The position numbers and the translations under genes are program-made. This document shows, piece by piece, positions 48,725 through 61,725 of a stretch of 64,000 nucleotides of DNA (position 1 is its first letter; every line of letters begins with the position of its first letter). Location of the stretch: positions 1 to 64,000 of the forward strand of contig JASANG010000753.1 in assembly GCA_030248215.1 (NCBI GenBank). Direction: 5' to 3'. Below the pieces are notes generated by a model, which was not told the origin of the DNA, searched no databases, and worked only from the letters and a program-made list of their open reading frames with translations. The stretch comes from Enoplolaimus lenunculus. Taxonomy: Eukaryota.

Positions 48725-50402
48725 GTTTTTGCATATAGTTAGGTTACTTTTAGGGCATATGTGTATGTATAAAATATATCTGATAGTAAACAGTAATTTT
48801 AGTTTTGGTTTGGCTCAACCACGGGCGGAACAGCAATTGGTTGTACCGTGTAGTCACATAATAGTACATCTGATTTCTTACGCTAAACCTCGAAATAAAA
48901 CAATGACACGCTCGAAAACGTGTAACACGTATCATCAGTTAGCCCTGAGTTTTCTAGGTGAGGAGCTCCAGCAGTTCTTGATCTCAAAATTCGCACTCAA
49001 ATCGGGCTCTTTTATCAAAATCGAAAAACGCGCTGATTCTTAAGTTACACTACCTATAACCAACTGGTAATAAACACTACCAAATCTGAGAATATGGGTA
49101 CAGATCTAAGGTTTCGATTATGCACGGGTTGCACAATACTTGTCGTACGGCGCCTTCCTTCACCGTTCGTGACGGACCGGTATAGTACGCGAAGTATCCT
49201 AATTCTAAATTCCAATTTCACTACACTAGCTATATAGTTTCTTGTTGCAGAAACAGCTTTAAGCCTCCTCGACTTCTGACGACATAAACCTGTACATCTG
49301 GAATTTTCCACGTTCTGTAGTTTATTTGTACACCTACTACGCGTATGTTGAACTTCATTATTTTATTAACAAAAATTTGAATATACAACGAGCCTCTGCT
49401 TTGCACTTCCCGAGAACTTATTAATATTGGCGCAGTTTAATAGCGCCTCCTAATCTTAGGCCTACCCGTTATCATCATCTTTTAAAAATAGTTTTTAAAT
49501 TTTTCGCATTTGGCGCCAGTTGCAAGTAGGCTTACAGTTTCGACGAATAAATATATCTTGCGGTCGACCGAGCATGCAAGATGTTTTTTCATTTATGCAT
49601 TAGCGGGCTATTCAAAAGCCTGTACAAGTATGAACAGCCCTACATCTACAATAGAGTCTATGGTTACAGTTGGAAATTAATCATCTCTCTCCAACGCAGA
49701 CAATGTGCGATCAATATTTACGGTTCTGTTGCAATTTTATCGTTACCATTGTGAATCAAAGATGTTATAGCTAGGAAACAGAAAACCTGTTCCTCCATTT
49801 ACTTCACCTTGTGGTTGCAGTTTATAGTGGTAAATGCATCCGATAAACTTTACGTTTCCTATTTTGAAAAAATATGGCGCGGCTACGGTGGTGATTAACA
49901 AGCGCTTCTATAGCTACATAAGCTTGATACTCTGTGTGCTTAGTTGGTATCAGTTTTGTGCTTTGTTTTGTGGTTCTGCGCTACATGTCGATCAGTTTAT
50001 GTGGTGTAAAGCAAGGACGGCAATTTGCAAGCACATTGATGATCAAGCTTTTAAAGGAGTTTTTTTCTCGCTGCTTAAAAAGATGGGCTCAGTATGACTT
50101 AATTTTCAGAGCTAGTTTACTGTACATAAACTTGCGTATTAGATTTATATATTATATACAAAATTTTCCGTTAACTTTGGCAATCTGTTGTTTAAAATTG
50201 TCATTTTATCAGTGTAGGAATAGCTTATATAGGATTATTTCAAATTCGTATGATGGTTAGGTAAGTTAATTTTTTACATTTTCCCGTTGCGATCGTTTTG
50301 TTAATGTGTATGTTGTGTTACACATGGTTTTATGCTAGAGGACTGGACGAGCTCATTTAATTCCGACCGTAGCAGGGGTTCGGATTAGGGATGTGCCGAT
50401 AC

Positions 50403-50799
50403 CAGGGTGCAACCGGAATTCCGGTTCCGGCATTTTTTCACCTTCCGGTTCCGGTTCCGGTAAATTTTTACCGGATTTAAAAATTCCGGTGTTATAATTT
50501 GGCCGTTTTCTTAACTTTGCTAATTTTTAAGAATCTCTTTTGAAAGCCACTTGTACTCCAAATATAAGCCAATGATGGTGGATTTCACTTCAGTCGACGA
50601 CGAAAATCTAAAATACAACAAATAAAATAAATACCTATGTTCGACTAAGGTTATTTCACAAATAATAGAGCAAAAAATAAGAATAAAATGAAATTTTTGA
50701 TGAAATGCATTTTTCACTTTCCGGTTCCGTTTCCGGTTCCGGTAAAATTTTCAAATTCCGGTTCCGGTTCCGGTAAATTGTAATTCCGGTTGCACCCTG
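50403..50799 (-). mobile_element. hAT-like MITE with ACCGGA subterminal repeats
   Basis: Same element as 21312-21684 in inverted orientation; perfect TSD GCCGATAC; nested in a TAGGGATGTGCCGAT..ATCGGCACATCCCT element (~50386-51104). Confidence 0.8.
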
Positions 50800-51833
50800 G
50801 CCGATACCAAAATTTTTGCCGATGCCCATACCGATGCCGACCATTTTTCTGAAATTTTGCCGGTGCCGATTCCAACTTTAGTAAACCATGCTTTATAAGC
50901 AGATAGAATACTATGTACATTAGCTCTAACCATCATAAACAATTATAATTGTATAAGAACGGTTATTTTCAATTAATTTTTCCTAAACAGACACACCGGT
51001 GTACGCCCAGAAATGAACTTGGTAGCATTCCAACTGACTATTATGTGCGAAAAGTATCGGCAAAGAATGGCAAATTACCGATGCCGATCAATCGGCACAT
51101 CCCTTGTTCGGATCTTCGATTTCCATCTTTGTTTCTCGTCGAACTCGGTACAACAAATTGGAGGCAGGTTAATTTTTGTGCAACGTTCCATTTTAATTAT
51201 GACAGCATAAAACCATTTTTTAAAATCAATACCAATACTTGTTGTACTAGTTTTTAGTCCAGATGATGTGGTAGTGAGTTTAGTTGAGGAAGTTCTGTAA
51301 AGCCATATTCACACTTAGAAGTTTTTGCAGCGAGAACTTGCCAATACAACTTGAACGAAATACTTACAGCTGCAGCAAGTATTTTCAAAGGATCACCACT
51401 TTCTTTCTGAATCTTGATATCAATACATATGATTTGAGTGCACTTGTGTATCATCCGAGATGTCATCGAGCGGGAAGGGAGCAGTGGCAGGTTGGGACAC
51501 CTCACTACACGAAAAATCGAAAATATTTATTTCTCATAGTATAGTCAAATAATATTTTGGATTCGAATATACCAAAATCGTTGCTGCAGAACATTTCAAT
51601 TTAGTGTAACAAATCTGTCTTTGAACGACTACAAAAGTGAAACATATAACAACGAAATTACAAGTGCCATACAAAAAAAGCGTTAAAATCATCGTAGTAA
51701 AACCTTAGATTCAGTACGTATTTATGACCCTGTTCGATTTCGAAATATGGGAACATGTTTAGGCAGATAAAGGTGTAACCGGCCACAGCGATGTAATACA
51801 TGTGTTTAGTGTGTTATGATATTAAATTTCAGA

Positions 51834-54800
51834 ATGAGCAAGTCATTGAGCCCGTCGTCATCGTCTCAGATACCTTCTGCGACAGCAGCTGACGCAGAGA
51901 CAAACCGTCAATACAGGAGCACTGGTGGGCCGACCGTGGGAGGAGTTAACGCAAATGCTGGCGTGGAAGCAATGCGTGTATCTGACGGCAGCGCCGGTGA
52001 CGATCGACCAATAAGTGTTGAATCCCTGCCGTTAAAAGGAGCTACTCGAGCAGCATCGTCACACGAGTCGTTTAGTACCGGTTCCACTGCCGTATTTCAT
52101 GGTTTGACATCCGCAATCGATAATGAAAATGAAACCACGATAGCGTCTATTGCTTCAAGTCGTACGGCCCTTGGAACTGCTGGCCGCCGTGTAGCTTCTC
52201 CACCGACTGAATTTTCTGCTTCTGCTGGAAGCGCAACAGTTGTTTCTGGCCAAACTGAAGTGGTTCCTAATACTAAAACTTTGAATACGCATCAGTTGTC
52301 GTATGGCAATAATTCTGTAATTTCTGACATTCCCAATTCGGACGGTGGCCATATAAAATATCAACAACCGCCGCCAACAGCTAACGCCGCCGGTTATTCA
52401 TCTACTAATCGAATGAATTCTAGTAATGCTAGCGGGTCTAGTTCACTGATAGACGGCTGTATATCAAAGCTAGATCCTAGACTTTCTGTTAGTGACGGTA
52501 ACAGTGGACATAAGCCGCAACAACACCATACAGACAGTGATTATGACCAAGTGCCTTTGTTGCCTCGTAACGCAACTACAGCTACTGTGACTGGCATCTC
52601 TGCTGACCGTTTAAAACCTATCAGTAACGATAAACTATCGAAAGATGCCGGCGAAGTAAATCGAACTGCTGCAGTCAATTCTGTCGGACCACAAGAGTCT
52701 GTGCAGACTCATGGTGAAATCCGTGTTGATACAACGAGCCTGGTTTCTACAATGGATGAAGAAGTTATGTATGCCTCTTGCGTTAGAGGTGAACAACGTC
52801 ATATACCAGGCGCTGGTACAGGCAGTTTAACTAGCGCTGGCGGTGTATTATTGTCTAGCGGTGAGACGGAAAACAGTGTCACAACCGCCAATCCTCAATG
52901 CCCGCCTTCCTCCTCTTCTGCTGCTACCACTGGTTCCGGCGGCGGTGTCAGCGGGGCGGCGAGCGCCGCAACCAGTCCGCCAGGACCGACACCGGGTGTT
53001 GTTGGCCGCGAGTTTGTCCGGCAGTATTATACTGTGCTCAATTCGGCGCCACAGTTTTTGTATAGGTATAGTTTATGAGAATATCGCAACTTTGAACTGC
53101 AGGGCAACTTGGAGTTTTTTGGCCTTGGAAATGTAAAGTTTCTGTCAATAACATAACACAGATGTTTTAATACAGTTAATCATAGTGTTTTTTAAACTGC
53201 TTTGGCAAGCTGCTGCAGTTTGCAATATAATATTTTAAATAAACTGACACTTCTGTAATTTTATAAAATGGTTTGGGCTCGTGTTTTAGGTTTTATTCGC
53301 ACGACTCTATCTTCGTATACGGGACTGAGGACGCAGCTGACGAAATAGTCGGGCAAGCGGTACGTTTGTGCTACCCACGGCAATAGCCAGGACTGGGATG
53401 GGTGGTTTCGGCCTCGGCAAGTCTTGGGATTTGGCTGGTCTAGGTCTAGATTTTGTGAGTCTTGGTGGTTTGTAAATTGAGACCAAAGAGATGAAAAAGC
53501 GATAAACAATTGTTATTAGCTGAGTTAATTTGTGTTGAAGAAAGGGCGTAGCAATGTTTTGCTCGTATTTTGGACTAAATGTATATAAGTAGTGAATCAC
53601 GTAAAATTTGGTACTTGTTTACTTCCATCGACACTATGACAGTTTTAATAAAGGCTCAAGCTCCCCAAACTGATTATTTCATTACATATCACATGCATGG
53701 CTTAGGCTTAGGTTTACGCTACAGGTTGATTACCAGTCGTAACACACAAACTAAGGTAATATGCAAATTAATTATTAGCTAACTATTCATTTATCGATTT
53801 TCGAGGATTGTAAACAATTTTTTCAGATTCCTGGCACCCAAAAACCCTTCAGTTTTACCCTAATGGTGAAATAATTTAAAAAGTCCATATTTAGGCTTGT
53901 CAATTAAACAAATATGCAAATTAGCTATTAGCTAACTTTTCAAATATTCGATTTAGAGGTTTGTAAACAAGTTATTCAGATTCCTCGCACTCACGAACCC
54001 CACAGAATTGAAATTAGATTGCTTGTAACCCTAATGACTAGTAAAAATAACTTAAAAAAGTCCTAATTTAGGCATTATCAATTAAACAAATATGCAAATT
54101 AGTTAATATAACTAATCATTTATCGTTTCTGGAGGTTTGCAAACATTTCATTTAGATTCCTCGCAGCCAAAAATGCTTATTACGGAAATTACATTGCTTG
54201 AAATCGTAATAATTGTGAAATATCTTAAGTCTCAATTTAGGCTTAACCAATTATTTAAAACACCAATGCGAGGTTAACATCCCTGGATGACATACTTTCA
54301 AACAAAAAAAGTTATTCAAAACTTCAAGTTAGAAAAATCTAATTTTTATTTTCAGTAACGGTTATAAATTGACCGAATTTGATACCAAAAGCCTCGGCCT
54401 CGCTAGGTTTTGTCTCTGTCTCGCTTTTTTGACCGGGACCGCCCATTCCTGGCCAAGGATCAATTCGATGCCGAGTTTGGGTTTAATATCTGTCAACAAA
54501 CCGACTTTTAAAAGGATAACGCCACCTTTATTGGGTAGAAGTAATTTAATTTTAAGACCGCATTGTTTTATCAAAAATATACAACGTATTATAATGTTCT
54601 TTATAGCAAACTAACAGTGTACCCAGGTGCAGGTTGCATTTTGCCGATACTTCGTCGCATAGTCAGCCTTCAAATGAGTAATGGTAGGTTAAAAACTCTA
54701 CGCGCGCTGATACGCATATTTTGTATGTTGCTAAATAAATATATATTGCTTATAATTGGACTAAATCATCCTCGACTGTTTATTGTAGTAATTATATACA

Positions 54801-57800
54801 TTTTTTTGCTCTGTTTTAGGCGATTCAAAACAAAATTGCGTCAATGGCGTTTTCCAATTGCCTCGCTAAAATTCGCAGCGTCCGTGCTCACCGAACGTTA
54901 GGTGAAGGTGTGGTAATCCAGGTACGTAATTTATTAAGATTATGCATTTAAAAATTGATCAAAGCAGTAATGAAAGCATGAGCTAGTGACAAAACAGACA
55001 TCTCAATAAACAATACTTTGACAATTTGACATACGTATTGCGTTTGTTTTTAGCTGTGTTTTCTGAATACTGCGAGCATTGGCAAACTAGCTCGTTGATT
55101 AAGCATCAGAATATTAAGCGAAGAGAGAACGCCTGGATATTAATTTTGGAGATGTGCCGACTCCAAAATTTTCGCCGATGCCGATTTTTATTTTCTAAAT
55201 ATGTCGATTCCAATTTGGATACACGACGCTTAAAGAATAGATAGCATAACAACATTATGTCATTCAAAATGCGAAGTTTTAAACCCTAATAACCATAAAA
55301 GTTTCTAATTTTGTGAGAACGGTTCATTTCAATTAATTTTTTCAAACATAAACGCAAGAGAAACAACCGTTTCTTTGATCAGATGCGCTGATATATGCCA
55401 ACAAGTGAAAGCAATAGCATTCCAACTCAGTGCTATGGCAAAAAGTGTCGGCAAAGACACGGCAATTGTTTTGCAGTGTCGATGCCGATACTCACGAAAA
55501 GTGTGGATTATTGCTGATGTCGATTAATCGACACAGTTAACCGGATATGCACATAAATTTGTGCGTTGTTGGTAGTTTTTGAGTCGTGCTTAAGTATTTG
55601 TATACGTACTAAAATTAAAATTAATTTTTACCTTGAATTTTTCATTTTACTTCAGTTTCAAAGTTAAAAGTAGTTATGTTATTCGGGACCACGTCCGCAA
55701 ATATTCGCTATTCAGTAGGTAGGTTTATACCAGAGACGATGACACCAGAACCCGATATCCGATCACTCCCTGGTATTTTGGGATAAAAAAGGGCGACGAA
55801 TCCGAACTTTTACGCAAAAAAGCTTTCTTTATCAAAACCAAATATCTGACTTTGACTAAACGTTCAACTTTGGCTGAATCAAAAACCGAGCCTGAGTTTT
55901 TATTGCCACCCTGCTGGGTCACAAGGGTTTGTCTGTGCAGCTATATACGGTCGCCTGATAATCTACACAGTGTTTTATTTCTTTGGTTGTAGGTTTGCGG
56001 CGAACTCAAAAACAACAATGATCCCTATCGGCGTTTCGTGCAAACATTTGTGTTGTCACCGCAAGCGCCGAAAAAATACTACTTGCACAACGATATATTT
56101 GTTTATCAGGACGAAATTTTTTCATCTTCCACGGATAGCACCGGTAAATAGATAATACAACAATTTTAGAGTGTTCACGTTTTATTTGACATGTTTGATT
56201 CAGCCAGGTCCGAAAAGGCTTTTGGTAACTGGGCGCCCCCTCACCAGTAGTAGTGAACCCCCAGTGGTGCTACGGGCCTGCATTCAGTCTGTATTATACC
56301 ACACTGATGGTAACGTGAAATCGACACTTGAAAACTGCGCAGGTTACAGCCCAGGTTTGTTAGATTTTGTTAGGTGTCCAGTCCACCAAAGCTAGTGGAG
56401 GTGCATTTCAAATGTTGCTGCATTTTGTAGTTTAAATTTTCTACTTCATCTGTTCTATTATCCAGGGGGCAATCGGAATTCCGAGTCCGATTAGAATTCC
56501 TAGAATTCCGAATCAAAACGAGTTCCGATTCCGATTGCACAATCAATCGGAATCGGAATTTCCACACTTTAATTTAAGGCCTACTTGTTGTGATATGTTG
56601 TACAAAAATTCTGCATCATTTATTAATTTTTTTCGATAAGTTAACATCAATAATTGATTGTAGTTTACACCCTGCTATTTTCTGGGAAATCTTCGATCAT
56701 ATATTGTATTTTTCAGGCACGGCATTGGACGCTAGCGAACCTCGTAGTGACAGTACTGCTGCAGGACAAGGCGGATCAAATTTGTCTATTCCGTAAGTTA
56801 TATACTTATGTATTTATTGCACTCTACGCCAGGAACATATTGCACTCCACGCCAGGGACATACAGTGCCCATTGTTTCAATAATATATTTTAGCCAGAAA
56901 CGAATGGTTGTCATCGCACCTTCACCGACCACTGCGTTACGTAAGTATCGGTGAAGCGTGAAAAAACATGCTTTACAATTAACAATTGGCTCCTGTTCCA
57001 GTAAAAGCTTATCTTTCAATTCCGGTATCCTGTGAAATTAATGTGGTCGATTCTTTTTATGCATATAATCAGGCATATTAATAGTGTTTTTATTTACAGG
57101 AATGGAGCGCCTTCGACGATGTCGATGACCACTTCGTCATCTGTTGAACACGCTCAACAACAACAAGAGCAGCAGCAACAACAAATTGCCTCTGAAGGTC
57201 TTTCGGTTCAACACCACCAACAACACGGCTACGTACAACATCAAACTGCTGGAAGCCATATCAATGTTAACGGAAGCAGTACTCCTGGCGCTGGCGGAGG
57301 CGGCAGCGGTATCATGTATCAATTTCAGGGAGCTGAAACAGGTGTCGGCCCACCATCGTCGACATACGACACGAGCTCAGCCGCTGCTGTCGCTGCCAGC
57401 AGCGGCGGCGCAGGTGTAGTCCGCCATCAGCCGAATATGCCACCTCCGCCGCCAGCGCCTCCACAATTTATGCAGCAAATTCCGCCCACTGGAGCTAGTG
57501 GAGGCGGCGCTCACCAGCATCATCATCAGCAGCAAACCCATATTCATTCGGGTAGCCCTGCTGCTACGGGTGCTGCTGGTAACAGTATTGATGCCGCCAG
57601 AGCAGCTGCAGTAGTTGCAGCGGCGACAGGTGGTGGCAACTTATCTGTAGTCGGCCCAGGCCGATATGTGCCAATGGCGCCACCGCCTGGACCGCCGTCT
57701 AGCCACGCAACAGCGGCGCAGTACGCGGCTGCGGTATCAGCCGCGACGCTCGTCGGACCAGGTGTTATTGCTGGTACTCCGGCGCCGCCGTTTGTTCGTG

Positions 57801-60800
57801 CAGTCCCGGTTGGCAACGTAGCCGCACCAGTAACTACCGTTATCCGGTTTCCGGTAACAGCGCCTGAATTTGTGCCTGGCCGCGCTGTGCATGGCGGCGG
57901 CTCGTCGGCTACGACGTTACCCGGAGGTGCAAACTTCAGCGGAGCTCAAGTCAGCACAGCTCCAGCTATCGTAACTGTAATGGGCGGTGCGACGGCAGCG
58001 AGCAGTGGTGGCCATGCCGGAACCATAGTATTTCCGGCAAATTCTGTCGGGAATATAGTTCCTGCCGAACAGGTTACTTTTGTTTCTCCTGGTTCGTCTG
58101 TTATCGTGCCCGCATGTGGCCCACACCAGCCTGGGAGTGCGCGAGAAGCAGTTTCGTATCCTGGCAGGTATGATCCTTTCAATATTTGACAATAAACGTG
58201 TCAGAGAAAATGTCAGAAAGTATCGTCTTAAAAGGTCTTCGGGTTCTGTGCTCAGATATTAATTGTCAGTAAGGGCGGACAATGAAGGGTAGAGAGATAT
58301 TTCCACTTTGAAGTTGGATTGGAACTGCGAAAAATGAGGGTTTATATAACAAAACGGCATATTTTCAGTTGCTTTATGTTGCTATATTGTCGTTCGCGAT
58401 ATTTTGTTTACCGTTAGAGAACCCGCAACTTTGCTTCACGGTTTCTTAAACAGTTTGATTTATAAATTTCTGAACCTGTTGCACAAAACTAGATTTTTGT
58501 GTCAAAATTTAATAGATTTAATGCAAAAAATAAACTAATTTACGCTGGCTACGCTTGACAGCTCCTCGTTCCTGTCGTACGTCGGTTTGGCTGTTAGCTT
58601 CCTAGATATTGTTTACACATACGTTCGGATTACACAACACATGGCAAGGGCAGATCTGAGGGGAACCAGGGATTCAGATTGGACACCTGGCCTGAACTAA
58701 CATAAAACAATTTATGCATCAGTAATATATGCTGTAACGGTCGCCCCTGATTGTCAGTTAAGGGTTTGTGGACGTGAGTTATGCCATTGGAAAATGACTT
58801 CCAATTTTGTGCAGCCGCCATGTAGAGTGGGATCCTTTGTTGATTTTACCTGTAATTTATTATGTCCCCCTTTCTGTCTAAATATCCATCGATCTATCTG
58901 CAATTGTGCATTGTGTTTTTACAGATTAGTGGCTTCTCCATCGTCATCGCAAGATGTAAATGAGCCGTTCACTGCTGGCGCTGCTGCCACGTATCATCCG
59001 TCATTGCGTGCCACCGCTGCTGCTGCTGGTAAACCACACGCCTTGCCGCAATCTGCCGCAGACGACGCTAGTAGTACAGTTGGGTCCGAACGGCCGGGAG
59101 ATATCGAGTCTGACGCAGTAGTGCAATCATCACCGCCACCGCCATTTGCTTCAAAAGATGCAACAACAATAACCAACGCTCAAGGGCAGCAACCGGTGTC
59201 TGCAAGTGCGTTTTGGTTGTGCTTTTTTGTTTTCTGGTTTTGGGAGCAACGGTGGTGTTTTTACTTTTATGTTACCGAGTGGAACCTTTGTAAGGTCATT
59301 CGCATACAATACCAGAGGGATCCGTAAAGTATGGTAATAAAATAGTCAATGAATATAGCGCCACATTAACGGAAACTGAACGTTTTAGTGCCTGTGTGAG
59401 TTGTGCACACTGTGTGTTGTAGCATAATTTGTGCTGTTTTATTTTGTTCTACCGTGCTTGAGAAAGCAACACTTAGTATTTGCATGTGATGGTGTGCGCA
59501 AATAGTGTGTTTAGTTACTCAGTATTCTAAACCAGGTGTACATTTTGGTATAGCTTTAATGTTAAATCTCCTCTGTATTATAATACTTGTCGTCTGGTTC
59601 CTGTAAAAAATTAATATCCGGTCCCGGCATACGGTAAATTTATATCCCGTTGCACCTTTCTTAGAAGTAACATGACGCGAACCAAGATTGCAACTGAACG
59701 CAACGCTACAAAAACATAGAATAGTGGAATAGCGTCGTTGTTAAAGTGTTAAAAATGCAATGGCGTTAAATGTTAAGCTTTTTTCATAAACACTTTGGAT
59801 ACCTTAGGCCATGGAAGGAAGAATTGTTATTCAGAAATTGAGAAAACTCGGAAATTGTGTTTATTTTGCTGTCTAGGGAGCGGCGTTACATCATCACAGG
59901 ACATTGCGTATCATCAGCAACAGCAGCAACTTCACACATCTCGACACCGTCATCATTATAATGAGCAACAACACCAGCCGCAGTATGAATTTGATGATTT
60001 CGCTGGCGGCGGTCCAGATTCAGCAACAACAAGCGATGAAGTCGTACATGGAAGACTTGAAATGGCGTCGCCAGATGCAAGCGTTGGTGGTGATGCTGAT
60101 GATAGCGAAATGATGCAAACAACAAACGAAAGACAGTCAGTCCTGTCAGCGAGTGGTGTAGAGGGTACGGAAAGTGCAGCTAGTATGCCACCAGCAATTG
60201 ATGATGGAAGCGAGCCCCCGTCAGAATCAGCGTCGACAGCTGATTTGTCGACACCGATATCAACAATTGCTGCCGTGACAGGCGCGACTCCCTTGGTTGG
60301 CGCTCAGGAAGAAGGTAAGTTGTATAGTTTGGGTTCAGCTCCGGAGTAGCTGTGTGGCAAAGAACCGACATCCGTATCATATAACGCAGTTTCAACTGAA
60401 AATAAATTTACCAGGAAAATAAACAGAAATCGGAATTAATTTTTGTACTGGAAGTGGAACATGAATTTAATATTAATTTTTCAATTAATTATAACGGGAC
60501 CAGGTATTTCAGGGGATAAAGCACTGCGGTCTAATTATTGTGTTTCAGCGGCTAACATCAAAACTTGGGCCAATGTAGCTGGGCGAGGTGGTGGTGGTGG
60601 TGTCGGCGGCGGCGGTGGCAGCAGTAGTAGACGTAGCGGTGGCAGCTCTGCACAACAATCACAATCCGGCGGACATCATCATTATCAACAAATGTCATCA
60701 AGCAGCAATGGACTAGTTCCTGCTTTGCAGTATGGTCAAGGACAGCGTGTCTCGCCTGGCGGAAACCAGGTAAGCAAACGAGTGGCAGAAGTTCTAGACA

Positions 60801-61636
60801 TTGCAATGCCATTTTCAGGATGTTTCGAGTTACCAATTAGGTTTGGGTACATTAGAAAAAATGACAGCCATCGCGCGCTGCGTTTCCGCCCGATTCCGCC
60901 TTATATTCATGGGGTATCTAGCACGGATCCACCGGATATTGATTGTACGAAATACCACAACCGGGAACTGATTAGTAAAATGTTTACATTAGCAACTGTT
61001 GACAAAATGGTAGTCGTATATATCTACTTTGCAGGCGTTTGCTTCGGCTCGCGGTGGACAAGGCAGCGGTGTTGATGAACCAGGCATGGGACAGCGTTCG
61101 TATCGTTCTTCTGCTGCAAGTGGAACTTCCAGCGGTGGAAACGCGGCGGCAAATTATCATCATCCACAACAGAAACGGTCGTTTGGAGGCAGTCAAGATT
61201 TTGACTATCAGAACCCAAATAGCGGAGGTCCTGTACCACCAATGAACAGTAATAGCGGTGGACCGGGGTCCAGGCAGTTTACAGCGTCGTTGTCTCGTGG
61301 TAGCCGCGGCGGGCAAGCATCGCCTGCTAATTATAGCTATTACGGTGGTCGTGGGTCTGCCGGTAGCGGGGGTGGACCACAGTCAGGCCCAGATGGGATG
61401 GGCCCCCCTTCGTCACGTGATCAGCAACAGCAACATCATTATCCAGACGATATGCAAGTGTTTGTGTCCGGCCTGCCGGGTGATATTCGTGAATCGGAGC
61501 TGAGAGAAGCGTTTGGATCGTTTGACGAAATTTTAGAAATCAGGATTGTTCGCCGCCAGCAAATGCAGCATCGTAGTAATGGGTTGCCAGCGATTGCTTT
61601 TGTTGTCTATCGGGCAAAGTAAGTTGAAATTTTATA

Positions 61637-61725
<89 letters not shown>

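Noticed and set aside
53755..54320. Spaced repeats resembling a CRISPR array or octamer enhancer cluster
   Set aside because: Eukaryotic intron; the whole unit is repeated with no unique spacers, so it is a diverged tandem repeat.
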